Shown: positions 1 through 13,003 of the stretch, piece after piece
How positions within the stretch are numbered: position 1 is the first letter of the stretch
Layout of the letters: each line of letters opens with the position of its first letter
DNA from: an uncultured bacterium
Lineage (GTDB): Bacteria; Patescibacteriota; Saccharimonadia; UBA4664; SCTI01
Assembly (NCBI GenBank): GCA_963721685.1
Contig: CAVRJJ010000002.1
Span: 8,848-72,847 of the forward strand
DNA length: 64,000 bases
Direction: 5' to 3'
The notes under the pieces: model-generated
Told to the model about the DNA's origin: nothing
The model's input: the letters and a program-made list of their open reading frames with translations, nothing else
The model's database searches: none
Program-made: the position numbers and the translations under genes

Positions 1-401
1 GTTCACTTGCGGTACTACTCCTTATCCTAAGGTGGAGAATGATACGAGGGACCCGGTAATTTCTGCGCGCAACACCAGGGAAATTGCCAAGACGGCGCTT
101 GGGCGCCGAGAAAACGGTTATGGTTGAACACTATAATGATACAGCCTCAGCGATTGCATATTGCCAAAGTCAAAATTGGATAATTATTGGGCTCGAGCAG
201 ACTCCCGATGCCCAAAATATCTTAACGCTCGCTCCCCCGCCCCGCCCCATAGCACTTATTGTTGGCAACGAAGTGGATGGCCTCAGCGCCGATACAATCG
301 CGGCCTGCGACATTGTGGCTGAGATGCCCCAGCGCGGGAGCAAAGAATCGCTGAACGTTAGTGTTGCCACCGGCGTTGCATTATATACACTACTGTTTTA
401 A
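1..401 (+). CDS. SpoU/TrmH-family RNA methyltransferase, 5'-truncated by the window, with an apparent +1 indel near nt 100
   Basis: SPOUT motifs ALIVGNEVDGLS and EMPQRGSKESLNVSVATG. The upstream frame reads ...REIAKTALG and continues as LGAEKT in the next frame across CTTGGGCGCC. Confidence 0.85.
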
Positions 402-429
402 ATGATAATTTTGATAATTGCGGTCTGAG

Positions 430-459
430 AGGGGCCGCCGCGCGAACGCGGCAGCCCCT
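430..459 (-). terminator. GC-rich hairpin closing the 430-1033 unit
   Basis: AGGGGCCGCCGCG-CGAA-CGCGGCAGCCCCT inverted repeat (UUCG loop on the minus strand); no clear U-tract. Confidence 0.55.
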
Positions 460-972
460 TGACTGTCCGTCGCAGGCTGCTTGAGTCCTGGCTAAGACGA
501 CACGACACATGAAGATCGGCAGCGAATGCCAGAGTGAAGAGCGCTGGGCCTGCATGTGACCGCCACCACGGCCGAAACGCCGCACTTGCGAGCGCTGATT
601 CCTTCCGTTGTGCTTATTTAGCCCCCTTCTAGGCCTCGCCCGCCGAGTCGGAACTCCATGGTTGCATCCGCCGTAGAAGTCGATGCCCCGGGCCAGCTCC
701 CAGGCCGCCTCCATGGACTTCGAGCGTCTCTCGGTGTGGTTCCGGCACTCCGATGCGTGTACCCGAGATGAACTCGTCGGGTTAGCGACTGCCGGCCTCG
801 TGCTCGAGCATGAGCCTGACCAGGAAAAGACAGCCAGTAGGCGTCATCCTGATCGTTCAGTCGCTGAGATCCTCGAAGTCACGCGATTAGCACACAGGCA
901 TCCCAGCAGCGAGCTTCAACGCTGATCTCTGGAACCTCGATGACCCCTTCTTCTGTTGAGTTGCTCCCACGT
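460..972 (-). pseudogene. GC-rich decayed or frameshifted ORF (or ncRNA) with its own promoter and RBS
   Basis: AAGGGAGG-aaac-GTG start near 972 gives only 27 codons. Downstream sequence has coding-like GC-rich fragments in shifting frames. Confidence 0.35.
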
Positions 973-1004
973 TTCCTCCCTTGAGGCGTTGACGAAGTGA
1001 GTAA

Positions 1005-1033
1005 ACTTTAGCGGATTGATAATTGCCTGTCAA
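1005..1033 (-). promoter_or_regulatory. sigma70-type promoter
   Basis: TTGACA-17 nt-TAAAGT on the minus strand. Confidence 0.7.
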
Positions 1034-1036
1034 ACG

Positions 1037-1068
1037 CAAAGAGACGCTCTTTTCAGGGCGTCTCTTTG
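1037..1068 (-). terminator. Terminator hairpin downstream of 5S rRNA
   Basis: CAAAGAGACGCTC-TTTTCA-GGGCGTCTCTTTG inverted repeat. Confidence 0.75.
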
Positions 1069-1073
1069 ATAAT

Positions 1074-1180
1074 CCGGCACTGTGCTACTTTCCCGCTAAT
1101 GCAGTATCATCGCCGCAGGTGAGCTTAACTTCGGTGTTCGGGATGGGAACCGGTGTGACCTCACCGCTGAAAGCACCGGG
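1074..1180 (-). rRNA. rrf: 5S rRNA
   Basis: Reverse complement contains CACACCGGTTCCCATCCCGAACACCGAAGTTAAGC and GATGATACTGC...GGGAAAGTAG; located downstream of the 23S. Ends approximate. Confidence 0.95.
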
Positions 1181-1646
1181 TAATGGCTTAAAAGCGTGAA
1201 TACTGTTTTCAACTGCCTACTATGCATTCTGATCTGTGATCAGACGATATGTGTAGGCAAGAAAACACGTATGAACGCATTTACTTCACTACCCGAAGCT
1301 TTTTAAAGCTTTCGGATAAATTTTTGGGTACATGGCTCTTTTATAAGCCACAAATCGCTAGTCAAATCACGTAGTAAAAAAGTCAATGGACCGATTAGTA
1401 CACCTCGGCTGAACGTATTGCTACGCTTACACCTAGTGCCTATCAACCAGATAGTCTTTCTGGGGTCTCATGGGGAAATCTTATCTTGGAGATGGCTTCG
1501 TGCTTATATGCTTTCAGCACTTATCGCAACCGAACTTAGCTACCCGGCAATGCCGTTGGTACGACAACCGGTACACCAGAGGTTCGTTCATCCCGGTCCT
1601 CTCGTACTAGGGACAAACCTCCGCAAATTTCCTTACGCCCACACCA

Positions 1647-1694
<48 letters not shown>

Positions 1695-2069
1695 CCTTTA
1701 ATTGGCGAACAGCCAAACCCTTGGGAGCTGCTTCACCCCCAGGATGGGACGAGCCGACATCGAGGTGCCAAACAGCGCCGTCGCTGTGGACGCTTGGGCG
1801 CTATAAGCCTGTTATCCCCGGGGTAGCTTTTGTCCGTTGAGCGCTGCCGATTCCACTTTCTTGCACGAATAAATCCATACAGTGAGACAGCGGATCACTA
1901 GCTCCTGCTTTCGCACCTGCTCGGCTTGTAGGCCTCGCAGTCAAGCTGACTTATGCGCTTGCACTATCGATACGATTTCCATCCGTACCTAGTCAACCTT
2001 TGAACGCCTCCGTTACTCTTTAGGAGGCAACCGCCCCAGTTAAACTACCCACCAGACACTGTTCCTGAA

Positions 2070-2320
2070 CCGGAACAAACGGGCAAACAATAAAACATAA
2101 GCATGTGTTGCGAAAAACTTAAAAACTACTCTCGAGAGAGTCGTATATCTCTTTATAGAAAAACTCTCACCGTTGTTGCTTTTACAATGCTTTGTCATGA
2201 CAAGCGCGTGCCAATAGCTTTCAAAAAGTGTCTATCCATTCTGTTCAGTAATGAACAGACGATATGTGACAGCTTTTTGGAACTATTGGCTACAGCGCCA
2301 GCCTTGTCCGCTTGTTGCGG
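2070..2320 (-). other. ~245 nt structured insertion (IVS or expansion segment) in 23S helix 79
   Basis: Interrupts conserved sequence between CACCAGACACTGT and GTTAG...GGGTGGTATTTC. Arms 2070-2086 and 2304-2320 pair; inner stem 2210-2228/2273-2290. Confidence 0.85.
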
Positions 2321-2555
2321 TCCAGGTTAGGACAAGGTTGCAGTAAGGGTGGTATTTCACTGGCGACTCCACCAAAGCTAGCGCCTTGGCTTCAAAGTCT
2401 CCCACCTATGCTACACATACAACAACCCAGCCCAATGCCAAGCTGTAGTAAAGCTCCACGGGGTCTTTCCGTCTTGGTGCGGGTAAACGGCATCTTTACC
2501 GCTATTGCAATTTCACCGAGTCCCTTGCTGAGACAGTGCCCAGATCGTTACGCCA

Positions 2556-2604
<49 letters not shown>

Positions 2605-4199
2605 AGTTATAGTTACTGCCGCCGTTTACCGGGGCTTCATGTCGCAGCTTGCACCGCTCTACTTAACCTTCCGGCACCGGGCAGGCGTCAATCCGTATAC
2701 ATCCACTTTCGTGTTAGCACAGACCTGTGTTTTTGCTAAACAGTCGCCTGGGCTCTTTAGCTGCGGCCCTCATTGCTGAGGGCAGACCTTATCCCGAAGT
2801 TACGGTCGCTATATTGCCGAGTTCCTTAGCAAGGGTTCTCTCGTTCATCTTAGTCTACTCGACTCGAGCACCTGAGTCGGTTTGCGGTACGGGCGGCTAT
2901 GGCTATTACATATGTAAGCTTTTCTGGTCGGCTTGGGTGGCCCGAATTCACCTTTTTAGGGGCGTTTTACTCACGCTTCGGACGAATCCTAGACGCTTGA
3001 ACGGATATAACCAAAAATCCGCTCGGGTTACCATGCCGCGCACTACATACAACACCATTGCCGGTACGGGAATATTAACCCGTTGTCCATCGCCTACGCT
3101 ACTCGCCTCGGCTTAGGCCCGACTAACCCTGGGACGATAATCGTTGCCCAGGAAACCTTGCTCTTACGATGTGCAGGATTCTCACCTGCATTATGGTTAC
3201 TCATTCCAGCATTCTCACTTCCCTGCGCTCCACCAGTCCTTCCGGACGGGCTTCAATGCCCAAGGAACGCTCCGCTACCACTTTAGGTTTAAAAAACTTA
3301 AAATCCGTGTCTTCGGTAGTATACTTAGCCCCGTTATATTTTCCGCGCAGAGTCACCATTGACCAGTGAGCTGTTACGCACTCTTTAAATGCATGGCTGC
3401 TTCTAAGCCCACATCCTGGTTGTTTATGCGTCTCCACATCGTTTCCCACTGAGTATACATTTAGGGACCTTAGACGACGGTCTGGGCTGTTTCCCTCTTG
3501 AGCGACGAGCTTAGCCCCGCCGTTCTGACTGCCACGGTAGTTCACTTCGGTATTCGCAGTTTGACAGGGGTGGGTATCCTTTCGGACCCCAGACCCAATC
3601 AGAGCTCTACCCCCGAAGGAGAGTTCGTGACGCTAGCCCTAAAGCTATTTCGCGGAGAACCAGCTATCTCCGAGTTCGATTGGAATTTCTCCGCTAACCA
3701 CAGGTCATCCAAAAGATTTGTACCTCTTCCTGGTTCGGCCCTCCACGTAGTTTTACCTACGCTTCAGCCTGCCCATGGTTAGATCACCCGGTTTCGGGTC
3801 TAATCCCGTGTACTAAATCGGCCTATTAAGCCTCGCTTTCACTACGGCTCCGTCATATGACTTAACCTTGCACACGAAATTAACTCGCTGGATCGTTCTA
3901 CAAAAAGCACGCCATCACAGAATAAATCTGCTCTGACTCATTGTAAGCACATGATTTCAGGTTCTATTTCACTCCCCTTCCGGGGTTCTTTTAACCTTTC
4001 CCTCACGGTACTAGTTCGCTATCGATCGTAAAGAGTATTTAGCCTTAGCGGGTGGTCCCGCTAGTTTCAACCAGGGTTTCACGTGTCCCGGCCTACTCGA
4101 GAATACAAACATAAGGACAAAGAATTTTTAGCTACGGGACTGTCACCCTCTATGGTGTGGCTTTCCATCCACTTCTCCTAATTCGATGTTTTCTTACCT

Positions 4200-4480
4200 T
4201 ACCCGGACTCATAGCAGTCGCCGGTCGCAAAGAGAAGGGCCCAAACATCATAATGTTAAAGCACTTCTCTTTGGTCGTTTGTATCTCACAACCCCTCCCT
4301 AACATTCGCCTGCTAGCTTATTTACTCCTCATTTAACTACGATATTGCCGCTCTCAGATAACCAATTTCCCAGCGAGGACTGTCTGAGCGCCGATAGGCG
4401 CGAGTTCCGCAGCTGAAATTGGTTGTTGAGTGAGCAAATTTTAGACTTAATATCGTAACTAAATGAGAAGCAAAAGTTAA
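4200..4480 (-). other. Two structured insertions in 23S domain I (~H15 and ~H16/17)
   Basis: Stems 4228-4237/4264-4273, 4328-4346/4449-4467 and 4360-4369/4415-4424 lie between conserved rRNA blocks. Confidence 0.8.
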
Positions 4481-4539
4481 AAAGGTTTTGGCTCTTCCCG
4501 TTTCGCTCGCCGCTACTCGGGGAATTGAGGTTTCTCTCT

Positions 4540-4576
<37 letters not shown>

Positions 4577-4902
4577 GCCCTCCTACTATCCTATATATTC
4601 AGATAGTGGTAACCGTGTATAACCACGGCTGGGTTGCCCCATTCGGAAATCCCCGGGTCAAAGCTTGATTGGCAGCTTACCGAGGCTTATCGCAGCCTTC
4701 TACGTCCTTCTTCGGCTCTTTACGTCAAGGCATCCGTCATGTGCTCTTGAGTAACTTTTTTACGTTGAATTGACTCCACGCAGCCCCATATGGGTGCGCT
4801 TCGTCGGTTTGACTAGCGATTTGTGGTTACAAAAGTAACTTCTAAATCGCTTGGTTTATTTGCATTACCCTCGATGATATCTTGAAGCAGATACCATCGA
4901 TA

Positions 4903-5082
4903 TTCAATTTTCAAAAAACAACTCCGCCGTTTCTTACTTGGCGGAGCCCACATTCTTATAAACAATCAGATAGTGTAGGTTCTAGAACGAGCCTCCGTTA
5001 TAGCTGGTTGATTGTTTACACATATGTGAGCTCTCACTTAAAGTCTGTAGCTACTTTAGCAGGTTTAATAGGTGTGTGTAAA
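4903..5082 (-). promoter_or_regulatory. Dedicated 23S-5S promoter and boxA-like element
   Basis: Minus strand TTTACA-18 nt-(TGC)TAAAGT at ~5053-5082; boxA-like TGTTTTTTGAAAATTGAA at ~4903-4920. Confidence 0.55.
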
Positions 5083-5201
5083 GAGGTTTTTTAACAGGAG
5101 CTTAAGCGGCTTCGCGGCACTTATTTAGTCGTCATTCTTGAATAGTGGATATACCAATACCGGAAGACCGCTATATAATGAAAGAAAACGGAGGATATAG
5201 T

Positions 5202-7202
<2,001 letters not shown>

Positions 7203-7718
7203 CTTGATCAGCCGCTCTGAGAATGTGTGTGGGGCGATTGGCTACCCCTAGATTCAGGGCCCACACAGCTCAGATGCGAGGTTCGACATCGGAGGATGTT
7301 GATGTCTCAGGCAGTTTCCTGCCTGGCGCGTGATTCAACCGCGACTTATGCAACGTGACAACCATCCATCTGGTACATTGGCGTCACGAAGACGAAGAAG
7401 CCGGCGACCCGACCAGGTTGATCTAGAGCCACCCCTACTTGACCGTTCGCGACCGGTCAGGTGCACATAGGGAGCGCTCTCCTGGCCGGACCGCCGTTTG
7501 CCATGACATGGTAGCCGCCGAGTAACCACGTCACAGCTCCGGATTAGCGCGAGAGCGAGGACACGCGCGTTCCGGAACCTCTATGGGGGCGTTCTCCCCT
7601 TGTGTGGCAGAGCACGGGGAGAGGCGTACCTCACCCATGAGAGGTACCTCTAGGGCATCTGGCGGTGGAGGGATGCCCGAGGTTCATTCATTATTTGCCG
7701 GTTTCAACGCTTTGTCAA
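7203..7718 (-). other. GC-rich ORF-less transcription unit (decayed gene or structured RNA)
   Basis: TTGACA-17-AATAAT promoter at 7690-7718; GAGGT...ATG gives 35 codons only; several small hairpins. Confidence 0.4.
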
Positions 7719-7790
7719 TCAAGTTTCGGTTGCTAGCCCGCTTCATTTCTGATTAAATTACTACGTTACCAATCTGATAGTTAACAACAA

Positions 7791-7867
7791 GGGCGATTAG
7801 CTCAGCTGGTTAGAGCGCGTCACTGATAATGACGAGGTCCCAGGTTCAAGTCCTGGATCGCCCACCA
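7791..7867 (+). tRNA. tRNA-Ile(GAT)
   Basis: Cloverleaf GGGCGATTAGCTCAG...CTGATAA...GGTTCAAGTCC...CCCACCA. Confidence 0.97.
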
Positions 7868-7897
7868 TCTGCCAGGTTTGCCGCTGGCCTTTTTTAT

Positions 7898-7974
7898 GGG
7901 GATGTAGCTCAGCTGGTTAGAGCACCTGCTTTGCAAGCAGGGGGTCAGGAGTTCGAATCTCCTCATCTCCACCA
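7898..7974 (+). tRNA. tRNA-Ala(TGC)
   Basis: Cloverleaf GGGGATGTAGCTCAG...TTTGCAA...GTTCGAATC...CTCCACCA. Confidence 0.97.
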
Positions 7975-8008
7975 GGAATTATACCCGTTTATTTGGTACA
8001 ATAAGCTT

Positions 8009-8281
8009 ATGAGTTTTGAGCATTTTGTAATTGGCAGTTTGCTTGTAGTATTTGGGTTCCTTGCCCTTAAATACAACTTTCAACTTGTTAATTTAACGGG
8101 TAATGTCGGCTTTGTTGAGCAGTGGCTTGGCGCTGGTTCAACCTATGGATTTTTCAAGCTACTCTCCATAATAATTTGTATCGTCGGTTTCTTATATATG
8201 TTTGGGCTATCCAATGCGGTATTTGGTTGGTTATTATCCCCCCTCGCCCAGTTCTTTCCCAAGGGGAACAACGGCCTGTAA
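8009..8281 (+). CDS. Small membrane protein (90 aa)
   Basis: Two to three hydrophobic segments; ATG 6 nt after TACAAT; TAATG coupling to the next gene. Confidence 0.75.
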   Translation: MSFEHFVIGSLLVVFGFLALKYNFQLVNLTGNVGFVEQWLGAGSTYGFFKLLSIIICIVGFLYMFGLSNAVFGWLLSPLAQFFPKGNNGL

Positions 8282-8871
8282 TGCAAATCGAGCAGCTCAT
8301 TGCCTACTGCCGGCTGTTAACCCAGTTTCAACAGGTAGAACGCCAGATGTTAGTACCGTCCGGCGAGCGCAACGAAAACGACGTGGAGCATAGTTACCTT
8401 CTGGCGATGACCGGCTGGTACATTGCCACCACCGCCAAACTGGACCTACGGCACGATCTCTTAATTAAATACGCCCTGGTGCACGATCTAGTAGAAGTGT
8501 ACGCTGGCGACACCTACTTTCATGACCCAATTAAAACCGCCAATAAGTCTACCCGCGAAGAAGCGGCCCTTGATGCTCTAAAGCAAAATTACCCTGACTT
8601 CAAAGAACTACACCGTCTCATTAGGCGCTACGAGCAACGCGCCGACGCCGAAAGCCGTTTCATTTACGCGCTGGACAAGCTCTTGCCGGTAATCACCATT
8701 TACCTGGATGGCGGCCGCTCCTGGCACCGTGATAAAATCAGCCTCGAGGTGTTACAGTCATATAAGGTAGAAAAGGTCGCGGCTTCTGCCATTATCGCCG
8801 ACTTATGGCAGCAGTTATCGGCAAAGCTGGTTGAGCAGCCCAAGCTATTCCCACCGGGAACAAAGGTTTAA
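8281..8871 (+). CDS. HD-domain phosphohydrolase (YfbR/HD_3-like)
   Basis: ENDVEHSY...ALVHDLVEVYAGD...ALDKL motifs. Confidence 0.9.
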   Translation: MQIEQLIAYCRLLTQFQQVERQMLVPSGERNENDVEHSYLLAMTGWYIATTAKLDLRHDLLIKYALVHDLVEVYAGDTYFHDPIKTANKSTREEAALDALKQNYPDFKELHRLIRRYEQRADAESRFIYALDKLLPVITIYLDGGRSWHRDKISLEVLQSYKVEKVAASAIIADLWQQLSAKLVEQPKLFPPGTKV

Positions 8872-8877
8872 CCCGAA

Positions 8878-9420
8878 ATGAAGAAACCATCTAAAATCTA
8901 TGTAGTCGGTATTGCCGGAAGCGGCAAAACCACCCTGGCGCGCAAACTTACCAACGATCTTGGCTATCCTCACTTAGACTTGGATAAGGTCCGGTATCCA
9001 CGCTTTGAAACGACGCCTGATGACTCTAAGCTGAAGCCGGCGCTGGAAAACCTGTTGAAGCAACCAACCTGGATCGCCGAAGGCGCTTACACCACTTGGA
9101 GCGCCCCCTTATTGCAGGCAGCTGATGTCATCATCTGGCTGGATGGTAATCCTATCATTGCAGCCTACCGTATTATGAAGCGGCATATTATTAAGCTTTT
9201 GCACGGCCAAAAACACTTTTCCAACCGCAGCACGTTAAAGTTAGCCTGGGCTGCGCTCAATTCCCATCGCACCGGCCCGATTGTGCGAAAAATTGGCGCC
9301 CGACCCACCCATATCCCCTGGCAGCGTGAGATTGAAGAGGGCTTGGCACCTTATAAAGAAAAAGTTTTGCGAATGGACTCGTTAAAAGCGGCCGATAAGA
9401 TGGTTTTTGATAAAGGATAG
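8878..9420 (+). CDS. P-loop kinase (adenylate kinase/FlaR-like)
   Basis: GIAGSGKTT Walker A, LDLD, WIAEG and ADVIIWLD. Confidence 0.85.
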   Translation: MKKPSKIYVVGIAGSGKTTLARKLTNDLGYPHLDLDKVRYPRFETTPDDSKLKPALENLLKQPTWIAEGAYTTWSAPLLQAADVIIWLDGNPIIAAYRIMKRHIIKLLHGQKHFSNRSTLKLAWAALNSHRTGPIVRKIGARPTHIPWQREIEEGLAPYKEKVLRMDSLKAADKMVFDKG

Positions 9421-9424
9421 ACAG

Positions 9425-9901
9425 CTACCGCTGTCCCAGTGACAGATCGATGGTATAGACTGGGGATTTTTCAAGTAATCCTTTTTGTTCGGTGGGAAAG
9501 CTTGTGCCTGCGACCTCTCCAAACATGTAGCCGACGCTAAATTTATCGGAACTATACGTAAAATCGTAAAAAACATACTTACCTTCCGAGCTAGAACCAT
9601 TTTTTGAGTAATCCGTTTGCTCTTTATATCCCCGTTTTGAAAGACCGTTAATGATAAAATCATGAGCCTGCGCACCTGTCGTCTGACAGCTATATCTTAC
9701 ATACCAAAGCCTCTCAACCAACATTGCGCTTTGATAATGGCGGTTTTTTTCGATGCAATTTGGCGGGATTGGCAAATTAATTAATTCATTTGTTAAAGCT
9801 TTTTTGGTTTGTTTGTCTTGGTATATTCCATGCAAAATTATCACAACAAAGATAGTAATGAGAACAGCGAACGCTGATAAAATATCCTTAGCTACTTTCA
9901 T
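9425..9901 (-). CDS. Hypothetical protein with N-terminal membrane anchor
   Basis: 158 aa, AT-rich ORF with an N-terminal hydrophobic helix and two Cys. Confidence 0.7.
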   Translation of the reverse strand: MKVAKDILSAFAVLITIFVVIILHGIYQDKQTKKALTNELINLPIPPNCIEKNRHYQSAMLVERLWYVRYSCQTTGAQAHDFIINGLSKRGYKEQTDYSKNGSSSEGKYVFYDFTYSSDKFSVGYMFGEVAGTSFPTEQKGLLEKSPVYTIDLSLGQR

Positions 9902-9934
9902 AAACTGAAGTATACCACCTCAACCGTTTCCACT

Positions 9935-9963
9935 AAAAAACCGCCCATTTCAGGCGGCGTTTT
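9935..9963 (-). terminator. Intrinsic terminator of the 16S transcript
   Basis: Minus strand CCGCC-TGAAATG-GGCGG followed by TTTTTT. Confidence 0.75.
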
Positions 9964-10124
9964 AGTATTGAAATCTTGGTAGTGCAGTGTAGAGCCATAC
10001 ATCTTCGACCTAGAAGTACCGCAGCTGATTCACGCGAGCACTTGCAGCAAGCTACAAAGCTCTAACGTGACCAGTCTGGCCATAGGTCAACGCCTATGGA
10101 ACGTGTTACCACGTCGTTCTCCCT

Positions 10125-11731
<1,607 letters not shown>

Positions 11732-11997
11732 AGATGGAATGGAAGTTCCATCTGTAAAGTTTGAACTGGTGATCAAGTAGGGATTTCTGCCCGAAGGCTT
11801 ACGTCCCAACGTTGACGTTCTTAGTCTTTATAGTGCAAAACCGAAGTTCCACACTTTCATTTTCTCAAAGTAAATGATGGTTACACTGCACTACCAAAAT
11901 TTCAACGTCCACTCTCGAAAATCTCCCAGAAAAAAATAGCCGACCAGTGCGGGTCGCTATTTATAGGTGACCGGGAAGTTTTTCAAGACTAATAGGA

Positions 11998-12026
11998 AGT
12001 ATACAGACTGAGAAATTGGGTGTCAA
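11998..12026 (-). promoter_or_regulatory. 16S rRNA promoter
   Basis: TTGACA-17 nt-TATACT on the minus strand. Confidence 0.85.
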
Positions 12027-12071
12027 CAACTGATGTGAAAAATGAAAAATACCGACACCTGGTAAAAGCTT

Positions 12072-12932
12072 TTACTTTCGCTTCTTAGCTCGGGCCGCTT
12101 TGGCGCGGCGTTTTTTGTTAGGGCCAGGAAGCCAACGCTTCTTCTGGTTTTCTAACTGATGTGCAGCCAAGGCGGGTGGCAGTGAGCTGTAGTAGGTACG
12201 CGCGAGCAATAAGGCGGCTACTACAAAAAGAGCTGCTACAGCTGCGGGCCACACCACCCATAAAGCGGCTGGGACCTTTTCATACTGTAAAAACGCCAGG
12301 AGAATGCATATAAAGCCAAAGCTCCCGAACGCGGTAGAAATACGGCGGGTGGCGCTTAAAGCAATCGCCACGTCCTTGTACGGACGAAGGAGCCACCAGC
12401 GCACCATTGCGCCCAGGAGGATGAGGAAAGCCCCGACGCCGGCTAGGCCATAAACATATGGCAAAGGAACGGGCCAGGTGGCCGCTTGGGTAAACGCGTC
12501 CATCTTATCGTAATTAAATAGGCACCCGAGTACCAGACCCATCAAAGCCCCGGTAAACACTTCAAGCGGCTTGTGACCCAGAATTTCTCGCAAGTGGGTT
12601 GGGGCGGGAAGCCGGTCGTCATGCTTCATACGGTCTATCAAGGCATTTATAGCCACCGCTTGCTCCCCCGCTGCCCGGCGCACCCCAAAGGCGTCATACA
12701 TTACGATGGCGGCGAGAATGACAGTGACCCCGAACACCGGTGAACCCACCCCTTCTACCAACGCGGCCGTAACCGCCAAAGATGTTACCACGGCAGCGTG
12801 AACGCTAGGCATACCCCCCGAGGCATACAGGTATTTGAAATCGACCTTACCCTTAAAGGCAGCTACCACGAATTTCGTAAACTGGGTGATGAGCCAAACC
12901 ACCAGCGGGACTACCACAAAACGGTTGAACAT
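12072..12932 (-). CDS. Divergent PAP2 (DUF212/YuiD-like) membrane protein with C-terminal three-TM extension
   Basis: SGGMPSVH, VMYDAFGVRRAAGEQA and LREILGHKPLEV motifs. Confidence 0.88.
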   Translation of the reverse strand: MFNRFVVVPLVVWLITQFTKFVVAAFKGKVDFKYLYASGGMPSVHAAVVTSLAVTAALVEGVGSPVFGVTVILAAIVMYDAFGVRRAAGEQAVAINALIDRMKHDDRLPAPTHLREILGHKPLEVFTGALMGLVLGCLFNYDKMDAFTQAATWPVPLPYVYGLAGVGAFLILLGAMVRWWLLRPYKDVAIALSATRRISTAFGSFGFICILLAFLQYEKVPAALWVVWPAAVAALFVVAALLLARTYYSSLPPALAAHQLENQKKRWLPGPNKKRRAKAARAKKRK

Positions 12933-13003
12933 ATACGCTATATCCTCTTTTGTGCCTTATTGTAGCCTAAACAGCGATATTAGGATAGGCATGCAGCGGC
13001 TTG

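Noticed and set aside
2070-2320. Group I or II intron interpretation of the rRNA insertions
   Set aside because: The insertions sit at tips of variable helices and are closed by simple stems; no catalytic core motifs were recognised. A covariance search would be needed to exclude this fully.
7829-8008. N-terminal extensions of ORFs 7829-8281 and 61239-62213
   Set aside because: They overlap tRNA genes; better starts exist at 8009 and 62063.
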